This document shows positions 9,188 through 14,451 of a stretch of 64,000 bases of DNA, in pieces. The notes under the pieces are model-generated. The model worked only from the letters and a program-made list of their open reading frames with translations. It had not been told where the DNA came from and did no database searches. This DNA is from an uncultured Candidatus Saccharibacteria bacterium (GTDB taxonomy: Bacteria; Patescibacteriota; JACMRA01): positions 2,706 to 66,705 of the forward strand of contig CAYSWH010000005.1 of NCBI GenBank assembly GCA_964434775.1, given 5' to 3'. The stretch's first letter is position 1; every line of letters starts with the position of its first letter. A program made the position numbers and the translations under genes.

Positions 9188-9271
9188 TTCCATTGGTGGA
9201 AAAACATCAGGATCAAAAATTCGTAGTCTCCGCTTTCGCCCTGGTAGAGTGGGTGTTTGGGGTTTAGAATC
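9188..9271 (+). repeat. ~80-bp repeat unit, copy A (TTCCATTGGTGGAAA..CATCAGGAT..AAAAATTC..TCTCC.CTTTCG.CC.GGTAG.GTGGGTGT..GGGTT)
   Basis: Aligns with 11376-11455. It is preceded by a degenerate GTAG hairpin starting at 9170. Confidence 0.7.
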
Positions 9272-9333
9272 TAAACTTGACTAAATTAACAGTAGCTGTT
9301 AGAATATTTAACATAAGTTGTTAAAATTAGTAT

Positions 9334-10572
9334 ATGAGTCAAAATTTAGCTAGAAATATAAATGAAGATTTAATCTTGAATATCCAAAACACTCCTGTCA
9401 CTCTTCTCAATGGAGTGCGTCAAAGTGGTAAAAGCACCCTTTTAAAAGAACTGCAAAAACAAAAAATTGTAAGTGAATATATCACTTTAGATAGCCTGGA
9501 AACTCAAGCTCTACTTTCAGAATCTCCAGAAAAATATTTAGAAAGTCTGCCAACTGGAACTGCTATTGATGAAATCCAAAGGATGCCAGAGGTTTTTTTA
9601 AGCATCAAAAAAGTAGTAGATGAAAACCGCATGCCTGGCAGGTTTATTTTGAGTGGTTCTGCAAATGTTTTAGCTCTACCAAAACTGGCTGACTCTTTAG
9701 CTGGACGGATGCAGATCAATACTCTTTACCCTCTATCTTCTGGTGAAAAAAATGGAATTAAAGAAAACTTTATCGACTGGGCTTTTAATTCAAGTTCAAC
9801 TTTAAAAAGGGAAAAATCTGAAAAATTAGATTGGGAGGAAATGGTTTTAAATACTGGGTTCCCTGAAACTTATAAATCTAGTGGAACGGTTTTAGAAAAT
9901 TGGTATCAAGCCTTTGAAACTACTTTGATTCAAAAAGATATAAGAGAATTAAGCGACATTGAAAAACTTGGCTATATTCCTAAACTTTTGAGGTTAACTG
10001 CTGGCAGAGTGGCTTCTACGGTTAGTTATTCTGATCTAGCTAGAAGTCTTGAAATCTCCAATATGTCGGTCAAAAGATATTTAGAACTTTTAAAGGCTCT
10101 TTATTTAATTTTGGAAGTACCTGCTTGGAGTGGTAGTTATACCAAAAGACTGACTAAATCACCAAAGATTTTCTTTTTAGATAACGGGTTTTTGGGTTAT
10201 CAACTAGGTTTAGATAAAAATTATTTATTAAAAAACAGGGAAGTTTTTGGTAAAATGCTAGAAAACCTGATAGCTACGGAGTTAATTAAACAAGTCTCTT
10301 GGAGCGATGCCAGACCAAAAATTTATCATTTCAGAGAAGTTTCTGGGGAAGAAATTGATTTGATTTTGGAAAACAGACGAGGTGAAATTGTAGCCATTGA
10401 AGTAAAATCTAGTAATAGAATCAAACCAGAATATTTAAAAAACTTAAATAAATTTAAAGAAAAAATGGGGAATAAGGTTATCAAATATATTTTGGTTTAT
10501 ACTGGAGATCAGGTGGAAGTAGTCGGAGATACTTTGGTTTTGCCAGCCCAGAAGTTGTTTGAGAAATTTTAG
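9334..10572 (+). CDS. AAA+ ATPase with DUF4143 C-terminal domain (AAA_14 family), copy 2 (divergent paralogue)
   Basis: Walker A NGVRQSGKSTLL and Walker B GTAIDEIQ, with C-terminal KIFFLDNGF...EEIDLIL. It has the same architecture as 2778-3911 and shares AAATTAGTAT immediately before the start codon. Confidence 0.8.
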   Translation: MSQNLARNINEDLILNIQNTPVTLLNGVRQSGKSTLLKELQKQKIVSEYITLDSLETQALLSESPEKYLESLPTGTAIDEIQRMPEVFLSIKKVVDENRMPGRFILSGSANVLALPKLADSLAGRMQINTLYPLSSGEKNGIKENFIDWAFNSSSTLKREKSEKLDWEEMVLNTGFPETYKSSGTVLENWYQAFETTLIQKDIRELSDIEKLGYIPKLLRLTAGRVASTVSYSDLARSLEISNMSVKRYLELLKALYLILEVPAWSGSYTKRLTKSPKIFFLDNGFLGYQLGLDKNYLLKNREVFGKMLENLIATELIKQVSWSDARPKIYHFREVSGEEIDLILENRRGEIVAIEVKSSNRIKPEYLKNLNKFKEKMGNKVIKYILVYTGDQVEVVGDTLVLPAQKLFEKF

Positions 10573-10674
10573 TGTTTCAAATCACTTCTAAAAAACTGCA
10601 TGGGGTTTGGGGGTTTAGATTCCGTCAAGTTTATCCCAGTTTTGGTAGGTAAAATAATAACTTCACTTGCTCCT

Positions 10675-11283
10675 TCATTTTTTGAATATTTTTGATTTAG
10701 GATTAAGTGAGTCCAAATGCCAATTTAGAGGATTATAAAAAATATATTCTCGAATCCGATCCAAATCTTCTTGATCTCGAATAATATGATCATGAAATGA
10801 TTTTTGCCAGATTGTGTTATATTTTTGAATCAAAGTAGAGGCGATGCCCACATCGCCAACCGCTCCATTACCACCCACAACGCCAATTTCATTACCACAA
10901 ATAATCTCATCTTGTTTGATATAAAAAAGTGTCTTTTTCTTAAAAGCTTTTATAGTATTTCCTAAATTATTCTTATAATTATTAAATCCAATTATTGCAT
11001 GAAAATGATTTGGCATAATTACAAATTCATCCAAAATAATATCGTCATAAAATTTTAAACCATCCAACCAAGCTTTTTCTACATATTCCCCGATTATTGT
11101 TTTTTGTGGTTGTGGGGTTTTTGATTCTTGTAAATATGGCGATGAGGGCATCGCCTCTACGATATGGGATAAAATTTGTTTTTTGTCTTGCACACAAATC
11201 GTCACAAAATACCAATACCCGCCTTGATATAATTCTCTAAATGGTAATCGGTTTCGTTTTCGAATGAATTTTGGTTTTGGCAT
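10675..11283 (-). CDS. REP-associated tyrosine transposase (RAYT, IS200/IS605-like Y1 HUH transposase)
   Basis: YWYFVTICVQDKK near the N-terminus, HUH motif MPNHFHAIIGF, then WQKSFHDHIIRD and REYIFYNPLNW near the C-terminus. GTAG-hairpin REP elements lie in and around the gene. Confidence 0.75.
   Translation of the reverse strand: MPKPKFIRKRNRLPFRELYQGGYWYFVTICVQDKKQILSHIVEAMPSSPYLQESKTPQPQKTIIGEYVEKAWLDGLKFYDDIILDEFVIMPNHFHAIIGFNNYKNNLGNTIKAFKKKTLFYIKQDEIICGNEIGVVGGNGAVGDVGIASTLIQKYNTIWQKSFHDHIIRDQEDLDRIREYIFYNPLNWHLDSLNPKSKIFKK
10835..10857 (+). repeat. REP element (GTAG + hairpin) inside the RAYT gene
   Basis: GTAGAGGCGATGCCCACATCGCC, with stem GGCGATG/CATCGCC. It is read in-frame on the minus strand as GAVGDVGIASTL. 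Confidence 0.75.
11138..11160 (-). repeat. REP element (GTAG + hairpin) inside the RAYT gene, inverted relative to 10835-10857
   Basis: The plus strand is GGCGATGAGGGCATCGCCTCTAC. It encodes VEAMPSSP in the RAYT frame. A 26-nt segment (11136-11161) is identical to 15489-15514. Confidence 0.8.
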
Positions 11284-11305
11284 TTTGTCGTAAGTTAATT
11301 TTTTG

Positions 11306-11379
11306 GTAGCGGAAGACCTCCTCTTCCATTTTGACCGTACAATTTTATATTCCGTAGTAGCGGAAGTCCCCTGACTTCC
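11306..11379 (+). repeat. Two REP elements of a second family (GTAGCGGAAG..CTTCC)
   Basis: GTAGCGGAAGACCTCCTCTTCC (11306-11327) and GTAGCGGAAGTCCCCTGACTTCC (11357-11379). A degenerate relative, TTAGCGGAAGTCTCTGCTTTCC, lies at 8948-8969. Confidence 0.7.
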
Positions 11380-11455
11380 ATTGGTGGAAACACATCAGGA
11401 TTAAAAATTCCACCGTCTCCACTTTCGTCCAGGTAGGGTGGGTGTATGTTGGGTT
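11376..11455 (+). repeat. ~80-bp repeat unit, copy B
   Basis: Aligns with 9188-9271 and lies between the RAYT start and the OLD-gene stop. Confidence 0.7.
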
Positions 11456-11459
11456 ATTT

Positions 11460-13208
11460 TTAAAAAGGCATTTTTACTTCATCTAGCAAATCGCCTTCTT
11501 GACCATCTTCTAAATTGCCGAAATTATACTCCTCTGTTTTTATTTTTCCATCAATAAAATCAAGTAAATTTTGAGGCAAGAGATTATTAGGGAAATCTGC
11601 CTTTTGAAACTCTCTAACTTTATTCCAAACTGCAATATCACTCTTGTTTGTTTTATCAATTTCTAAAACTTTTTCTAAATTTCTTTTATTAAAATGAAGT
11701 CTATCTTCACTCTCAACTAATTCCATAATCTTTTGATTTTTAGTCCATTGTTGCCTATCTGCTTTTAGCTTATTTCTTACTTTTTGATTTTCTTTATCAC
11801 CTTCAATTTTTTCTATGTTTCGCAACTTATGAGGATTGATGTCATCATCTAAATCCCAGTCATGAATAATAAAATAATCTATTTTTAGAGCTTTGCAAAT
11901 TTGAATCAAGATTATTGACTTATCTTTGCCGTGAACTGGTAAAATAGCGATATTGTTATAATTTAAATAATGCTCATCTTCAAAATAAATACTGATAGCT
12001 TTAGAATAAGCCAATAAATCCATAGGTCCCTCAACCAAAATAACTTTATCACTAAAAACCAGTTTTCCTAAATTCGGTTCAATTTGTTGAATAAATTTTG
12101 AATTGTCTTTATATCTTTCTAAATTATAAGAAACAACAGCTTCTGGGTTTTCATCTGAAATATTTTCATTTGGCAATTTTGGTTCGAATGCTCCAGTCAA
12201 CTGATGAACTTTTGTTGATTTGCCATCATGAGAAAGCCTTATAATTGTTTCTGGACTAAATATATCAACCATTTTTTTACTATGAGTCGTATAAATTACT
12301 TGATTATTTTTTGCTAGTTCACAGAGGACTTTATTGTAAAAATATTCTTGATGGTTTTCGTGTAAAAATGTTTCTGGTTCTTCAAAAATAAAAACATTTC
12401 CTTTCTCGTTATTATCTTTCGCAATAGCTTGAAGCATGGCGATTATAAACATTGAAATATAGCCATCACCAAAATTTTCAATAGGCAAAATTCCATTTTC
12501 GGTTTTCAAGCTAAAAACCATTTTATAAAAAATATCTTCATAATTAGGAAGCCCAAATTTAAGTTCAAAATCTTCTTTTTCCTTTCTTAAAATTTCTTTT
12601 AAATGGGTTTGAGTATTATCTTTAAAGGTTTTAAAATCAGGAGCTAAACCTACATAATTTTCAATAGCAGGTTGTAAGGTTTGTTCTATCCAGTCTTTAA
12701 AATTACCATTATTGTCGTACTTATCTCTAAATTTTTTAAGAGTTTTACCAAGAAAGGTTTTTATTGAACCCCAGCTTGATTTAGTTTCCAACTGTTTTTT
12801 AATTTCGTGGAAATTTATATAGTAGATTGGTAGAGTTTTACCAAAGAAGCTCTTTTCCAGTCTCGGCTTCCAGCTATCACCTTCTCTATGCATGTAAAGA
12901 TGAGAAAGAGTATGGTCATAATCTAAACCGCATTCTTTACTTTCAAAAAAACTATTTATTTCTAAGTTTATATTTTTATCACAGTTAAAAAAATCTTTTT
13001 CGGAAAATTTATCTTCACCAAGCCATTCAACCCCCATTGTGTAAAGTAGTGATTTTATAATATTAGTTTTTCCAGTGTTGTTGTAACCTACAATTGAAAT
13101 TGGTTTGCCATTGCCCTCTTCAAAATCAGGAAAAACAATTTTTTGACCCTCACCATCAAAAGACCGATAATTTTTAATTTCTATTGAATTTATTTTTAAA
13201 TAAGACAC
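11460..13208 (-). CDS. OLD-family nuclease (ABC-type ATPase + C-terminal Toprim domain)
   Basis: The N-terminus INSIEIKNYRSF plus Walker A GYNNTGKTNIIKSL, and Walker B-like VFIFEEPETFLHENHQ. Toprim motifs are VILVEGPMDLLAY and IIHDWDLDDD. The start is a GTG 3 nt after the preceding small ORF. Confidence 0.75.
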   Translation of the reverse strand: MSYLKINSIEIKNYRSFDGEGQKIVFPDFEEGNGKPISIVGYNNTGKTNIIKSLLYTMGVEWLGEDKFSEKDFFNCDKNINLEINSFFESKECGLDYDHTLSHLYMHREGDSWKPRLEKSFFGKTLPIYYINFHEIKKQLETKSSWGSIKTFLGKTLKKFRDKYDNNGNFKDWIEQTLQPAIENYVGLAPDFKTFKDNTQTHLKEILRKEKEDFELKFGLPNYEDIFYKMVFSLKTENGILPIENFGDGYISMFIIAMLQAIAKDNNEKGNVFIFEEPETFLHENHQEYFYNKVLCELAKNNQVIYTTHSKKMVDIFSPETIIRLSHDGKSTKVHQLTGAFEPKLPNENISDENPEAVVSYNLERYKDNSKFIQQIEPNLGKLVFSDKVILVEGPMDLLAYSKAISIYFEDEHYLNYNNIAILPVHGKDKSIILIQICKALKIDYFIIHDWDLDDDINPHKLRNIEKIEGDKENQKVRNKLKADRQQWTKNQKIMELVESEDRLHFNKRNLEKVLEIDKTNKSDIAVWNKVREFQKADFPNNLLPQNLLDFIDGKIKTEEYNFGNLEDGQEGDLLDEVKMPF

Positions 13209-13211
13209 AAT

Positions 13212-13346
13212 TTATTTATTAAAGTTAATTTTAAATTCTTCTAAAAAATTTTTAAGATCAACTGCTTGATCATTATCTTTGTATTTTTCTTGAATTATTT
13301 GTCTTTGCTCATCTGTTAAAACATCTTCTAAAATTCTAATTTTCAT
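13212..13346 (-). CDS. 44-aa ORF translationally coupled between the Abi_C gene and the OLD gene
   Basis: MKIRILEDVLTDEQRQIIQEKYKDNDQAVDLKNFLEEFKINFNK*. Its ATG overlaps the TGA of the upstream gene (ATGA), and its stop is 3 nt before the GTG of the OLD gene. It falls below the ORF-track size cutoff. Confidence 0.45.
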   Translation of the reverse strand: MKIRILEDVLTDEQRQIIQEKYKDNDQAVDLKNFLEEFKINFNK

Positions 13347-14446
13347 AAAAAAACCGCACTGTCACTAAAACTTCTAATTTTTCCATTTTCAATAACATAT
13401 TCTAACAATTTTCGTTTTAAAAAATTATCACATTTTTCTAAAAAACTTTTTACTTCTGACTCTTTCAGTAATTCATCTCTTGTTTTTCGTTCATATTTTT
13501 CTCTAAATGGCTCTGAACGATTTTTATACGGTAAATTTTTATCAAAATTATCCAGTTCACTTTGCAACTCTTCAATTCTAAACTTTTGGTATTCTAAAAC
13601 ATCGTAAATAAAATCAATAAAAGCAAAAGCAGAATTTACAGCTAATTTTGCATGTCGTTTTGAAGGTTTAAACTTCCTACTATGACCATCTCCAGCAATG
13701 TTTCTTAAAGAAGCTAAACCGTTTAATATAGATGATAAACCTGTAATAATCTGCTTTAGAGAGTCATTTAATTGATTTTTTGGATCTAAATTTAATTCTT
13801 TTTTTAGTTTATTCCAGTATTGTTCAATTTTGCCATTTCTATCCAATTCTATATTAGTAGCTTCTTTATAAATTTCAATTAACACATCCTCAAGCAAACT
13901 TCTTACATTAGTAATTACCCCATCAAAATCACCTGAATCTAATTTTTTCTCTATTTTATCAAATTGCTCTAAAGCAAATTCTCTTGTAATTTTACCCTGA
14001 TTATAAATTTTAATTGTTGAATTATCATCTTGAATAAAAAATACTGGTTCAATATCTGTTATTTCTATTTCTTGGTAATCTTCTGGAATCTCACTACCAT
14101 ATCTTGGTACTAAAAATTTTGAAGTATAGTTTATTGGTTGTTTATAATAATTATCAATTTTAAAAACTTTACCAATTTTACTATATAATTTTTCAACTTC
14201 TTTTATATCTTGGATTAATTTAATCAATTCTCTACTGGGCTCTGCATTAAAATTACGATTTGTTTTACTTTTTTGATTCATGAAATCAAACAAATCATTC
14301 AATCTACTATGAAAACTTATACAAATTTCTTTTTCTAAACCTTTTAAATTTGAATATATTTCTTCATATAAATAATTTTTAGAGTAATCAAACTCTTCTA
14401 ATATTTGCTGAATTTTCTTATAAATTACTTCTTTTGAAACTGACAT
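13343..14446 (-). CDS. Abi_C (abortive-infection C-terminal)-domain protein with unknown N- and C-terminal regions
   Basis: The central segment ...GVITNVRSLLEDVLIEIYK...SSILNGLASLRNIAGDGHSRKFKPSKRHAKLAVNSAFAFIDFI matches the ..lRN..g.aHg......A.lavn.a..l..fl pattern I associate with Pfam Abi_C. The gene starts 5 nt after the MmeI-like gene stop. Confidence 0.55.
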   Translation of the reverse strand: MSVSKEVIYKKIQQILEEFDYSKNYLYEEIYSNLKGLEKEICISFHSRLNDLFDFMNQKSKTNRNFNAEPSRELIKLIQDIKEVEKLYSKIGKVFKIDNYYKQPINYTSKFLVPRYGSEIPEDYQEIEITDIEPVFFIQDDNSTIKIYNQGKITREFALEQFDKIEKKLDSGDFDGVITNVRSLLEDVLIEIYKEATNIELDRNGKIEQYWNKLKKELNLDPKNQLNDSLKQIITGLSSILNGLASLRNIAGDGHSRKFKPSKRHAKLAVNSAFAFIDFIYDVLEYQKFRIEELQSELDNFDKNLPYKNRSEPFREKYERKTRDELLKESEVKSFLEKCDNFLKRKLLEYVIENGKIRSFSDSAVFL

Positions 14447-14451
14447 AAATC

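Noticed and set aside
8761-9193. Track ORFs 8761-9081 and 8990-9193 (minus strand) as possible genes.
   Set aside because: Their translations are Cys/Phe/Leu-rich with no motif. They overlap each other and are built across degenerate REP and repeat-unit sequence, so I treat the region as non-coding.
11460-13208. The OLD-family nuclease could be Gabija GajA.
   Set aside because: No UvrD/GajB-like helicase gene is adjacent. The neighbours are an Abi_C-like protein and a 44-aa ORF, so the locus is not a canonical Gabija system.
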